Sequence record: NZ_CP022047.2
From: a plasmid
Reading direction: 5' to 3' (one strand)
DNA: 64,000 nt
In this document: positions 51,255-60,711 of the stretch, one piece after another
Layout of the letters: each line of letters begins with the position of its first letter
Position numbering within the stretch: the first letter of the stretch is position 1
Program-made: the position numbers and the translations under genes
The notes under the pieces: generated by a model
What the model was told of the DNA's origin: nothing
What the model saw: only the letters and a program-made list of their open reading frames with translations
Database searches by the model: none

Positions 51255-51476
51255 GTGTGGATGATTTATATGGTGATAGGTTCTCTTATTTGTCACACAC
51301 TTTTAAGTGCGGCTATAGCATTAATCGTTTTTAGAGAAGTTTCAGATGAAATCAAGTCTAAAAGGAATGTATTTTTCGATTTAATATTTAGTTTCAATGT
51401 ACAATTAGTCAGTTTCTTTATTTATATTCTAATTGTACTATTCGGATTATTCATTTGGATTTTCAATCCATACTAG
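51255..51476 (+). CDS. Small two-TM membrane peptide
   Basis: 73-aa hydrophobic ORF. Confidence 0.2.
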   Translation: MWMIYMVIGSLICHTLLSAAIALIVFREVSDEIKSKRNVFFDLIFSFNVQLVSFFIYILIVLFGLFIWIFNPY

Positions 51477-51606
51477 AATTTTATTATTTTTTTGAGGGCA
51501 GGGGGTGTAGTGGAGAAACGTGATATACAAAACCATGACCTCTTAGCTGGACACAAAAAACCCCTTCTTACTTAAATATGAGTAGGAAGGGGTTTAAATG
51601 GTTATT

Positions 51607-51745
51607 AATTAAAACGGGAATTAATTAATATTAGGATTTGTTATCAATCATGGAAACTTATACGACAAAAATGGTAGGTTCTTTCGACCATAGGTCGATT
51701 ACAGCAAAAATTATTTGAATTTTCTATACTTAGACTAATATTATT
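51607..51745. repeat. Copy of the 2033-2165 repeat, including a degenerate LysM-gene 3' end
   Basis: About 85% identical to 2033-2165: 'aaaacggga(a)ttaattaatat..ggaaacttatacgacaaaaatgg..ctttcgacc..gtcgatta'. Confidence 0.6.
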
Positions 51746-51951
51746 TAAACAATTTCAAAGTTATTATTATTTAAGTTATTATACTTAGTAGGCTGGAGAT
51801 CCTTCACACCATTAAAGAGAAAATCTCCACTTAGGAAATGATAAATAACGGTAAATAATCTGAGATTAATTGATTTCTACTGCTTTTAAGTATATCACTT
51901 AATTATTTCTATTACTTGGGTTGATTTTCTTCTAAATATAGCATCTTAACT

Positions 51952-51979
51952 AATCACATGTTACATGTAACATGTGATT
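51952..51979. promoter_or_regulatory. Perfect 28-bp palindrome upstream of RepA_N rep (operator or centromere-like site)
   Basis: 'AATCACATGTTACATGTAACATGTGATT'. Further 'ttacatgtgatt' half-sites lie at 51989-52000. Confidence 0.5.
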
Positions 51980-52250
51980 AGTTATTTGTTACATGTGATT
52001 TATATAATGTTACATTATTTGTTGTGTATTTAAGTTGAATTTGTTACTCTAAAAATAGAAAAAACATTTAGTTGTTGGTAGCAACTAAATGTTTTGTAAA
52101 GGTAATAAAACGTTCGCACATAATTTGAACTTATTTAATATATAAATTATAACTCGTAAATGGATGACTATCAACTATGTAGTTTAAAATTTCAATTGAA
52201 AACGTTTTATTATCTCAATCCAATTTTAGATATGGAGAGAGGCTATACTT

Positions 52251-53264
52251 ATGTCAACTAAATCAACATCTTATAGAAGTGTCAGAAAATCAAAGTTTAC
52301 TCAAATTTCAAATCAACTATTAAATGATGAAGAACTTACATTAGAGTCAAAAGCATTATTATCAATTTTTTTATCTAATTCTGATAATTGGGAACTCCAT
52401 ATGTCTGAAATTATAAAACGTTCTAAAAATGGACGTGATGCTCATTATTCAGCGCTTAAAAAATTAATAATTGCTGGTTATATCGCACGCTTAGAATTTA
52501 AGCAAAATATTAACAACCAGTTTGTGAAACTTGAATACATATTTAGTGATAGTAAAGAAGACATATGGCAAGGAATAGAGGAAGCTAAAGTAATTGCTAA
52601 AGAAAATAATCAATCTATCGTACTTACGTATAAAAACATAAGCTGTGAAAAAATAGATACTAATAATGACTTAAACCCGTATCCGGAATTCCAGTATACG
52701 GAGGAATCTAATCCCAAAATTCCGTTTACTGAAAATCCGGATGCGGCTAATACGAATACGGAAATTGCGAATACAGAAAATCAGTATATAAATAATACTA
52801 ATATAAATAATACTAATAAAAAAAATACTAATATAAATAATGGAATGAATGGAGTGAGTGCTATTAAAAATTCCTATCAAAAATCACAACAATCAATCCA
52901 TTCAATCCAAAATGATAACAATTATTTAATTGATGAACAAAAACATTTATTAAAACTATTACCTCAAGACCTTCAAGAATTTGTCAAAACACGATATACA
53001 TTAGAAGATAGTATTAATATAATCAATAAAATTATACAAGCTAAAAGAGCGGCAGGGGATAGACGTAATGATAATTTATTTTTCTATTTTGAACACAACA
53101 ACGATCTATCAGAAGCCATCATTGAAATACTAATTTCTGTAAACAGAGAAATGAAAAAGAAAAGAGAATCTGTGGAATCAATGCTAGGATACTACTATAA
53201 TGCATTAGTCAATGGATTGGAAGAATTTCATTTTACAATGGAAGCTAGAAAAAATATGAAATAG
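52251..53264 (+). CDS. RepA_N-family plasmid replication initiator
   Basis: N-terminal 'KFTQISNQLLND..LTLESKALLSIFLSN' is typical of Firmicute RepA_N initiators. Asn-rich linker. C-terminal host-specificity domain. Confidence 0.8.
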   Translation: MSTKSTSYRSVRKSKFTQISNQLLNDEELTLESKALLSIFLSNSDNWELHMSEIIKRSKNGRDAHYSALKKLIIAGYIARLEFKQNINNQFVKLEYIFSDSKEDIWQGIEEAKVIAKENNQSIVLTYKNISCEKIDTNNDLNPYPEFQYTEESNPKIPFTENPDAANTNTEIANTENQYINNTNINNTNKKNTNINNGMNGVSAIKNSYQKSQQSIHSIQNDNNYLIDEQKHLLKLLPQDLQEFVKTRYTLEDSINIINKIIQAKRAAGDRRNDNLFFYFEHNNDLSEAIIEILISVNREMKKKRESVESMLGYYYNALVNGLEEFHFTMEARKNMK

Positions 53265-53621
53265 CTAAGTAATATATTCATTTAAGACGAAATAAGCTTT
53301 TTTACAAAAAAATACTAAAAAACATACTTTAATTAATATGTTTTTTAGTATTCATAGTTCCAATTTTATGAATGTTTAGTGGGAAAGTTATCAAAAATTG
53401 AATGGTAATTAATACCATGTTCATTACGATACCATAATCTTATAGAAAAATAAAATATATAATTGTTTTTTCTCCAAAACTTTTCAAACTTAAAATTTAA
53501 CGATAAGTCAAAATCCCACAATAATTATAAGTTATAAACTATAATATAAGTAAACATTGTTTACTTATATTATACATAATTAACACAAAATAATATTAGC
53601 TGAGTAAAGTGGGGGATTTCA

Positions 53622-53954
53622 ATGAAAGTAGAAGAGTTTATAGAATATGAGTTGCACAGAAAAATTTTCCTTACTCCTATAAAAGATAATTATCAACTAA
53701 CAAGAGATGAGTTACTTTTACTTGGTATTTTTCAGAAATTTGATTACATTAATGAAGTTTACCTAACCGATTTTATTTATTTAGCAAACAAGTATCAACT
53801 TCATTACACAAAACCATTAAAATCATTAGCTAGTAAAAATTTTTTTAAGAAAAAGAGACTTATTGAAGATGAACGCACAGTCATTCTATATGATATAAAT
53901 TATAGGAAGATAAATGATATATTTAATCATATTAATTCAGAAATTTTCAATTAG
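53622..53954 (+). CDS. Small MarR-like winged-helix protein (paralogue A)
   Basis: 110 aa. 'LTRDELLLLGIF...LIEDERTVILYDI' HTH-wing pattern. Paralogue of 56402..56752. Confidence 0.35.
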   Translation: MKVEEFIEYELHRKIFLTPIKDNYQLTRDELLLLGIFQKFDYINEVYLTDFIYLANKYQLHYTKPLKSLASKNFFKKKRLIEDERTVILYDINYRKINDIFNHINSEIFN

Positions 53955-54065
53955 AAACATTTCAAGGGGGAGCATAAGCAAAAAAATGCCTACAAAGTCT
54001 TAGACTATGTAGGCTCTAAAACATGTGATTATATATTCACATGTTTTATTAAATACAGTAGTTTA

Positions 54066-54446
54066 CTATCCTAGATAATAAAAAGTGATGGTCATGATCA
54101 TAATACATACAATTTTATAGCTTTCATTAATTAAAATGAGCTTTATGGATTTCATTTCAAATAAATAATTCTTTAAACTAGATGCAACAGCAATAAAAGC
54201 GATTACAACGCCCCCGAATATTACATTTAAATTTATATGGTGAAGTAAATAAAAAATTAAGAAAGCCACTAATATTTCTGTGATTAATGAAATTAACATT
54301 TCCTTCTTCCCACCATCACTAGATTCAATTGTTTCTTTATTTACCCCAACTTCACGCATCCATACCTTACCAAATATAATTGAATACCAAAGTGCTCCTA
54401 CCATAAATGCTAAAATTCCAGATAATACTATGGCCACAATATTCAT
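54066..54446 (-). CDS. Small membrane protein
   Basis: 126 aa with four TM helices. Confidence 0.25.
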   Translation of the reverse strand: MNIVAIVLSGILAFMVGALWYSIIFGKVWMREVGVNKETIESSDGGKKEMLISLITEILVAFLIFYLLHHINLNVIFGGVVIAFIAVASSLKNYLFEMKSIKLILINESYKIVCIMIMTITFYYLG

Positions 54447-54478
54447 TTATGTTCTTCCTCCATAGATTCTTTATAGAC

Positions 54479-54895
54479 TCAATCAATAAATTGGACTATT
54501 ACTTTATCATTTTGTTTTTTAGGCATTAATATCAACATAATTTTACCTATAAAATTAAGACCTTTGTTTTGGCCACTATAAGTAAACTTAGTTTCATTTT
54601 CATTTATCTTTTCTAATATATAGTCAGCCTCGATATCAAACATTTTACCTAACTGAAACCCAGAACGGTTATGTTTATAATTCGAAGTGTTTGTATATTC
54701 TAAATCCGTAACAACATATTTCATAATTCTTTTTCCTTCTTTATATGTCTGTTCATATGTGGATCCAACTACATTTTCTGTCTTATTTATTACTTTCATA
54801 TCGACTATTTGAGGCATTATACGTTTTATATTTTCTAAATCAAATAAACTCCATACATTTTCTATATTAGTTGGTATAATAATTGTTTTTACCAT
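54479..54895 (-). CDS. SRPBCC (Bet v1/START-like) ligand-binding protein
   Basis: 138-aa ORF with the beta-sheet/long C-helix pattern typical of SRPBCC. Low confidence. Confidence 0.3.
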   Translation of the reverse strand: MVKTIIIPTNIENVWSLFDLENIKRIMPQIVDMKVINKTENVVGSTYEQTYKEGKRIMKYVVTDLEYTNTSNYKHNRSGFQLGKMFDIEADYILEKINENETKFTYSGQNKGLNFIGKIMLILMPKKQNDKVIVQFID

Positions 54896-54921
54896 TTAAG
54901 CATAAAAAGCCCCCCCTTTAC

Positions 54922-55470
54922 TTAAGCACAACGAATAATATCAGTTAACATTTCTCCAACAAGCTTTTTTCTTTTCTCGACGTCTACACTATTTTCTTTA
55001 ATAAAAATATATGATTGTTCTGCGGCGTGCTCAATTGTTCCTACAATAATTTGTGCTTTTAAATTAGTAGAGGTATCTTTTTTACTAAATAGTAATTCTT
55101 CTACACGATCATAAAACTTAGAATAGATACTTTCCCACTCATTTAAATTTCCACTTCCAATAAATGAATGATATAACGATTCAATAATATCTTTATTTTT
55201 TTTATTATAGTTAAATATCACTTCTATAATGTTATTAATAGTTTTTGACTTATCCTTATTATAGGGGATTTCATTTAGTTCATTAACCATCTCGTCTAAA
55301 ATGACGCTTGCAAAGTATGAAACTAAATCTAATTTTGAATCAAAATAGGTATAAAATGTTCCTTTACCAAATCCAGCATCATCAACGATGTCAGATACAT
55401 TCATTTTATGAAAACCTTTAGTTATTAATAAATGTTGTGCGGATTTAACTAGCTTATCTTTTGTGTACAA
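54922..55470 (-). CDS. TetR-family transcriptional regulator (paralogue A)
   Basis: N-terminal HTH 'LITKGFHKMNVSDIVDDAGFGKGTFYTYFDSK'. Confidence 0.75.
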   Translation of the reverse strand: MYTKDKLVKSAQHLLITKGFHKMNVSDIVDDAGFGKGTFYTYFDSKLDLVSYFASVILDEMVNELNEIPYNKDKSKTINNIIEVIFNYNKKNKDIIESLYHSFIGSGNLNEWESIYSKFYDRVEELLFSKKDTSTNLKAQIIVGTIEHAAEQSYIFIKENSVDVEKRKKLVGEMLTDIIRCA

Positions 55471-55717
55471 TATAAAACCTCCAATTTTTTCTAAGTTAAT
55501 TATAATAAATCTTTACTAAAATTTATATATACTAATAGACCTTTAATTATTTATTGCTAATCTTGCTTTAATAATTATATAAAATAAGTGACTACTAGTC
55601 AAAATTAACGAGAAATTTTTTATTAATTTTACACTATTCTCTTGCATTTTATAAATAATTATTATATATTAATATACATCAACCGACGGTCAGTCGGAAA
55701 AAATAAAGGAGATTTAT

Positions 55718-56056
55718 ATGAAAAATCCATGGTTTTATGTTTTTCTTACATGTGTACTAGAAGTTGTATGGGTTTTTGGTTTTAATGTTGCTAACACTTG
55801 GTGGCATTGGATTCCCATTGTTTTAGTTATTGTAGTTGATTTTTATTTATTATCTAAGGCTTGTGAAAGTTTACCAACGGGTACAGTGTATGCTGTGTTT
55901 GCAGGTGCTGGAACGGTTGGAACTGTCTTAATGGATACATTTATTTTCAATAGTACGATGACATTTTCTAAGTTATTTTTTATTTCTTTAGTAGTATTAG
56001 GTGTTATTTTTCTAAAGCTTTTAGATAATTCTAATGAATCGGAGGTAGTAAAGTAA
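55718..56056 (+). CDS. SMR-family small multidrug-resistance protein, subunit 1 of a paired pump
   Basis: 112 aa with four TM helices. EmrE/YkkC-like. Confidence 0.65.
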   Translation: MKNPWFYVFLTCVLEVVWVFGFNVANTWWHWIPIVLVIVVDFYLLSKACESLPTGTVYAVFAGAGTVGTVLMDTFIFNSTMTFSKLFFISLVVLGVIFLKLLDNSNESEVVK

Positions 56057-56371
56057 ATGGGATGGATATTGGTTATACTAGCTGCACTATTTGAAGTAGT
56101 AGGAATAATTGGTTTGAAAAAATTTAGTAGTGAAAAAAACTTAAATAATGGAATTCTTCTGTTTGTAGGTTTTATTGGCTCTTTAACACTATTGTATTCT
56201 GCTTTTAATTATATACAAATGAGTATTGCTTATTCTGTATGGGTAGGTATTGGAACAGCATCAGCTGTAGTTTTAAATATGGTTTTCTTTAATGAACCTA
56301 AAAATATGGGAAGAATTTTAAGCCTTATATTAATAATTATAGGAGTCGTAGGACTAAAAGCTGTTTCTTAA
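56057..56371 (+). CDS. SMR-family small multidrug-resistance protein, subunit 2
   Basis: 104 aa with four TM helices. 'FEVVGIIGLK' carries the conserved Glu in TM1. Adjacent to subunit 1 with no gap. Confidence 0.65.
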   Translation: MGWILVILAALFEVVGIIGLKKFSSEKNLNNGILLFVGFIGSLTLLYSAFNYIQMSIAYSVWVGIGTASAVVLNMVFFNEPKNMGRILSLILIIIGVVGLKAVS

Positions 56372-56401
56372 AATTCTAAGTAAAATAAAGGGGAATAAAG
56401 T

Positions 56402-56752
56402 GTGGAAGACTTCATAAAGTATGAATTAAATAGAAAACTATATATCAATAAAATAGAAAATAGTTTTGATATCAATAGAGAAGAGCTATTGATACTGTCG
56501 ATTATTAAAGAAATAAATAGTGATAAGATATATTTAAGTGAATTGTTATATCATATAAATAAGTACAATTTATACTATACTAAACATTTAAAATCACTTA
56601 GAAAAAAGAATTACTTTACCAAAAAAAGATTACCTGAAGATGAAAGATCTGTTATTATACAAGATATTAACTATGAAAAAATTGAAGATTTATTTGACGA
56701 TATTTATTCAATAGTATTTGATACAAATGAAAAAAATGACAAAAGGACGTAA
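56402..56752 (+). CDS. Small MarR-like winged-helix protein (paralogue B)
   Basis: 116 aa. Aligns along its length with 53622..53954 ('EELLILSII...LPEDERSVIIQDI'). Confidence 0.35.
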   Translation: MEDFIKYELNRKLYINKIENSFDINREELLILSIIKEINSDKIYLSELLYHINKYNLYYTKHLKSLRKKNYFTKKRLPEDERSVIIQDINYEKIEDLFDDIYSIVFDTNEKNDKRT

Positions 56753-56799
56753 GACTGTGTTCTTTTGTCATTTTTATTTTTATGCCAATTATCTGAAAA

Positions 56800-57366
56800 T
56801 TAAAGTTGGATATTTTTAGATAATTCGTAAACAACGGCTTTCCTTTTTTTTATATGTTCATCACTTTCATTTAAAAATATATAGCCTTGTTCAGCAGAAT
56901 ATTCTATCATTCCAACTACTGTTTGAGTTTTTATCAATGTCTCTTTACTATATTCTTCGAATAATAATTTTTCTATACAAGAATAAAACTTTCTATACAT
57001 ATTTTCCCATTCATTTAAATTACTAGTTCCCATATAAGAATGAAATAAGGCTTTAATAATTTCACTGTTTTTTCTATTATTTTCAAAGATTATTTCAATA
57101 ATCTGAAATAGAGTTTCTGATTGGTTGCTATTATAATTTAATTTTTCAAGTTCTGTGATCATGTCATCCAAGATACTATTTGCAAAATATCCAATTAATT
57201 CATTCTTAGATTTAAAGTATGTGTAGAAAGTTCCTTTACCAAAACCAGCTTCATGGGATATATCAGAAACATTCATGTTGTGGAAACCATTCGTTATTAG
57301 CAAGTTTTTTGCTGATTCAACTATCTTTTCTTTTGTACTCAATATATACACCTCCAATTTAATCAA
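56800..57366 (-). CDS. TetR-family transcriptional regulator (paralogue B)
   Basis: 'LITNGFHNMNVSDISHEAGFGKGTFYTYFKSK' is near-identical in its HTH to paralogue A. Confidence 0.75.
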   Translation of the reverse strand: MIKLEVYILSTKEKIVESAKNLLITNGFHNMNVSDISHEAGFGKGTFYTYFKSKNELIGYFANSILDDMITELEKLNYNSNQSETLFQIIEIIFENNRKNSEIIKALFHSYMGTSNLNEWENMYRKFYSCIEKLLFEEYSKETLIKTQTVVGMIEYSAEQGYIFLNESDEHIKKRKAVVYELSKNIQL

Positions 57367-57467
57367 TAACTTTAATTATAATAAATTGACAGAAAAAAAC
57401 AAATACTTATTAAAAAAAATGTTTTTTAGTAGAAAGAACTTCTAATTATATATATATTATTTAATTC

Positions 57468-57533
57468 TTAATTATTATAACAGAAACATGTGACATGTTA
57501 CTTGTAACATGTCACATGTTTCTGTTATAATTA
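57468..57533. promoter_or_regulatory. ~66-bp near-perfect palindrome immediately upstream of the second parA (operator or centromere-like site)
   Basis: 'aattattataaCAGAAACATGTGACATGTTACttGTAACATGTCACATGTTTCTGttataattact'. Confidence 0.5.
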
Positions 57534-57552
57534 CTTTATCATAGGAATAGAG

Positions 57553-58353
57553 GTGTGCTTCGTGTCTGTTATTACAATTGGAAACTTTAAAGGTGGAGTA
57601 GGTAAAACAACTGTTTCAACATTACTATCTTATATAGCATCAGAAAGATATGATAAAAAAGTTTTACTGATTGATTTTGATCCTCAAGGAAATGCTACTC
57701 AAATTATGAAAAGAACATATCCGGAAGCCTTAGAAGAAACAAAAAGTTTTATTGAGACTCTAAAGTCAGGTGAATTAAGTGAAAGCATGATAAATTTATC
57801 AAATAATCTTTCTCTGCTACCTGCTGATTCTTCATTAGCTAATTTATCGGATATAATTGCAAAAACTGACATTGTAAAAAAAAGATATATACTTAAAACA
57901 GTTATTGATCAAATTAAAATAGACTATAATTTTGATTACATTTTCATCGATGTTCCACCAACTATAAATTCAGATTTTACTAATAATGCTGTATATGCAA
58001 GTGACTATATTGCAATGGTATTTCAAACACAACAATCAGCATATGAAAGTAGTTTGTCTTTTGTAAACTTTTTACGGGATAGAAAAAAAGAGTCCAATCT
58101 ACCCTTTGAATTAATTGGTGCTATACCAGTACTAATTAAGAGAAATGGAAAAATTGATGAACAAATTTTAAAAATATCTAAAGAAACCTTTTCAAATGCT
58201 CTTTTCAAAAACCAGATATTTCAAAGAGAAAGAATCAAGAAATTCGGTGCAGAAGGTATCAGGGACAAAGATACACATGATAAGAGAGTACTACATATGC
58301 TTGAAGAAATTTATATAGAGCTTATTGAAAGAATAGAACTCATTGAAGGATAG
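57553..58353 (+). CDS. parA: ParA/Soj-family partition ATPase, second cassette
   Basis: 'GNFKGGVGKTTVST' deviant Walker A. The start may instead be the GTG at 57562, which has SD 'AGAGGTG'. Confidence 0.8.
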   Translation: MCFVSVITIGNFKGGVGKTTVSTLLSYIASERYDKKVLLIDFDPQGNATQIMKRTYPEALEETKSFIETLKSGELSESMINLSNNLSLLPADSSLANLSDIIAKTDIVKKRYILKTVIDQIKIDYNFDYIFIDVPPTINSDFTNNAVYASDYIAMVFQTQQSAYESSLSFVNFLRDRKKESNLPFELIGAIPVLIKRNGKIDEQILKISKETFSNALFKNQIFQRERIKKFGAEGIRDKDTHDKRVLHMLEEIYIELIERIELIEG

Positions 58354-58605
58354 GTGATTAATATGGCAGGGTTTTTAGACGAGATAAAAGTAGAAAATAA
58401 TAAGAAGAAAAGTTTTTTAGATGATATAGATACATCTGCTGTAAAATATACGGAAAATTACAAGCCCGTGGCGAAAAGTACAACAATGAGAGTAGATACT
58501 CTCATTAAAAAAAGGTTAAATCAAATGGCATTAGATAAAGATACTTCAATAAAAGCAATATCAGATCAAGTACTAAATGAATTTTTGGAGAAAAATAATT
58601 ATTAA
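58354..58605 (+). CDS. Ribbon-helix-helix ParG-like partner of the second ParA
   Basis: 'TTMRVDTLIKKRLNQMAL' RHH start. Its start abuts the parA stop. Confidence 0.4.
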   Translation: MINMAGFLDEIKVENNKKKSFLDDIDTSAVKYTENYKPVAKSTTMRVDTLIKKRLNQMALDKDTSIKAISDQVLNEFLEKNNY

Positions 58606-58666
58606 AAGAGACCATCGTGTATTAACACGATGGTCTTTTATTCATCATTGCTTTAAAAATATTTAT

Positions 58667-59125
58667 TTAGCTAGTTACTTTTAAGTAATTTAATTTTTGC
58701 AACGTTATATATTTAATGATTAGAATAGATGATCCAAAATGGAGAAGTGCAAATGCTATAGGAGCTGTATAGTCTATATGAAAGTTATGAACAAATGTAT
58801 ATTTCAATATTATATTCGATATAAAATTACATAATAATAATATTATAGATACATAACTACCTTTCATCATCCATCTATTATTTATATTACAGAAATAAAT
58901 ATCAAAACTTAATCCTTTTAAATAACCAAATAATAGACCAAATGTGATTGTTAATAGCGAAAAATATATTAATGGCAAATTGAAGGAGTTATTAACTGTA
59001 TTTTTTAATAGAATAACTAACCCAGCAAAAATGACTATACAACTAAACAAATAGGAGGTATTCAACTTCCTATTCATCAGTATTCTTAAACTAAATGTAA
59101 AAAAAATTATGATATATATATACAT
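58667..59125 (-). CDS. Membrane protein
   Basis: 152 aa with four or five TM helices. Confidence 0.25.
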   Translation of the reverse strand: MYIYIIIFFTFSLRILMNRKLNTSYLFSCIVIFAGLVILLKNTVNNSFNLPLIYFSLLTITFGLLFGYLKGLSFDIYFCNINNRWMMKGSYVSIILLLCNFISNIILKYTFVHNFHIDYTAPIAFALLHFGSSILIIKYITLQKLNYLKVTS

Positions 59126-59215
59126 TCATTACTCCTTTTGCGTTCATTGAATTGTATTATAAACTATGTTAATCTTCTGTAATAGACTCATAGTCAAATT
59201 AAGGGAGAATTTTAT

Positions 59216-59731
59216 ATGAAAAATTTCAAATGGTTTAGCTTAGTATCTGGTAGTATTTTTATATTAATTGGTATTTTATGTTTCCTTTTTCCATTAGAGA
59301 GTATAAAGAACATGTTTATATTAATAGGCATATTTTTAATTTTTAATGGAATTTTAGAAATATTTGTATTTCAAAAGTTAAAAGAAATAATTAACTTTTC
59401 TAGGTTTTGGTCTATTTTATTAGGTGTATTACACATACTAACTGGCTTATTTATAATTATGAATTTAGAAGCTAGTTTTGTTGTTTTATCTTATATCCTA
59501 TCTATTTGGTTCATATTATCATCGATATCAAATATTTATAAAGCAACTCCTTTAGAAAAATCAAATAAGCTCTATCATAGCTTAAGTATATTATTAAATA
59601 TTTTAGGTATAGCTATTGGTATAATATTATTATTTAATCCCTTCATAGTTATAGTATTAATTTCATTTTTAATAAGCTGTTACTTTATAATTTTTGGGTT
59701 AAGTCATATCATTTATGCATTAGCCAAATAA
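59216..59731 (+). CDS. HdeD/DUF308-like membrane protein
   Basis: 171 aa with six TM helices. 'GILEIFVF' and 'GVLHILTGLFII' repeats are typical of DUF308. Confidence 0.35.
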   Translation: MKNFKWFSLVSGSIFILIGILCFLFPLESIKNMFILIGIFLIFNGILEIFVFQKLKEIINFSRFWSILLGVLHILTGLFIIMNLEASFVVLSYILSIWFILSSISNIYKATPLEKSNKLYHSLSILLNILGIAIGIILLFNPFIVIVLISFLISCYFIIFGLSHIIYALAK

Positions 59732-59842
59732 ATATTACTCAAAATATATGGAAATACATTTTATACTTACTAAGAAGTAGTCTAAATTTTAAAAATTATA
59801 TAAGTAATTTCATATCTATCTGTACTTAGCAGATAGATATTT

Positions 59843-59895
59843 TTATACAAATCACATGTAACAAGTTACTTGTTACATGTGATTTGTATAAAAAG
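59843..59895. promoter_or_regulatory. ~53-bp near-perfect palindrome upstream of the aquaporin gene
   Basis: 'tttttatacaaATCACATGTAACAAGTtACTTGTTACATGTGATttgtataaaaa'. Related to the palindromes at 51952 and 57468. Confidence 0.45.
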
Positions 59896-59977
59896 CAACT
59901 ATAATATATAAAAAAGCAATTGATAATAATTGACTTCCACTATATAATTATTTTCTAAATTAAGTAGGAGGTTATTT

Positions 59978-60664
59978 ATGAACAAGTTTTTTGCTGAGTT
60001 ATTTGGTACGTTTATTTTGGTATTTTTTGGTACGGGAACAGCTGTGATGACTGTTTTAAATCCAGAAAATAATGTTGGACATCTAGGCATAGCAATAGCG
60101 TTTGGTTTAACGATCGTTGCTGCTTGCTATAGTATTGGCCATATTTCAGGAGGGCACTTAAACCCTGCTATTTCTTTGGCAATGTATATGGACAAAAGAA
60201 TTAATTTAAAAACATTGATAGGTTACATGATTTTTCAAATAATTGGAGCAATTATAGCTACAACAATCATTTGGATAATTTTACATACAACAAATATAAA
60301 TGTCTCTAATTATACTTATGGACAAAATACGTTAGGATCTTTAAATGTATTAGGGGCTTTGTTGACTGAATTTATATTAAGTACAGTATTCATATTCGTT
60401 GTTTTAAGTGTGACAAAAGAAAGTTTTACTTCTTCAAATATTGCAGTCTTAATCATTGGTTTAACATTAACTTTAGTACATTTAATAGGAATTCCGTTAA
60501 CTGGTACATCTGTTAACCCAGCAAGAAGTATAGGGCCTGCTATTTTTGCTCAAGATAATGCTTTAAAAGAGTTGTGGATTTTTATATTAGCACCATTATT
60601 AGGAGCAATATGTGCGACATTCTTACATAAGTCATTTGAAAATAAAGGTTATAAAAACAAGTAA
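59978..60664 (+). CDS. MIP-family channel (aquaporin/glycerol-facilitator-like)
   Basis: Two NPA boxes ('GGHLNPAIS' and 'SVNPARS') and six TM helices. Confidence 0.85.
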   Translation: MNKFFAELFGTFILVFFGTGTAVMTVLNPENNVGHLGIAIAFGLTIVAACYSIGHISGGHLNPAISLAMYMDKRINLKTLIGYMIFQIIGAIIATTIIWIILHTTNINVSNYTYGQNTLGSLNVLGALLTEFILSTVFIFVVLSVTKESFTSSNIAVLIIGLTLTLVHLIGIPLTGTSVNPARSIGPAIFAQDNALKELWIFILAPLLGAICATFLHKSFENKGYKNK

Positions 60665-60711
60665 CGGAATCGTTACTTGTTTTTACAACATAAGGGAGGG
60701 TTTTATTAATA

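Noticed and set aside
2033-51745. Direct repeats at 2033-2165 and 51607-51745 as attL/attR of a ~49-kb integrated conjugative element
   Set aside because: Plasmid rep, par and resolvase genes occur on both sides. The repeats are degenerate (~85%) and are accompanied by further tandem copies and a decayed gene end, more consistent with recombination scars.
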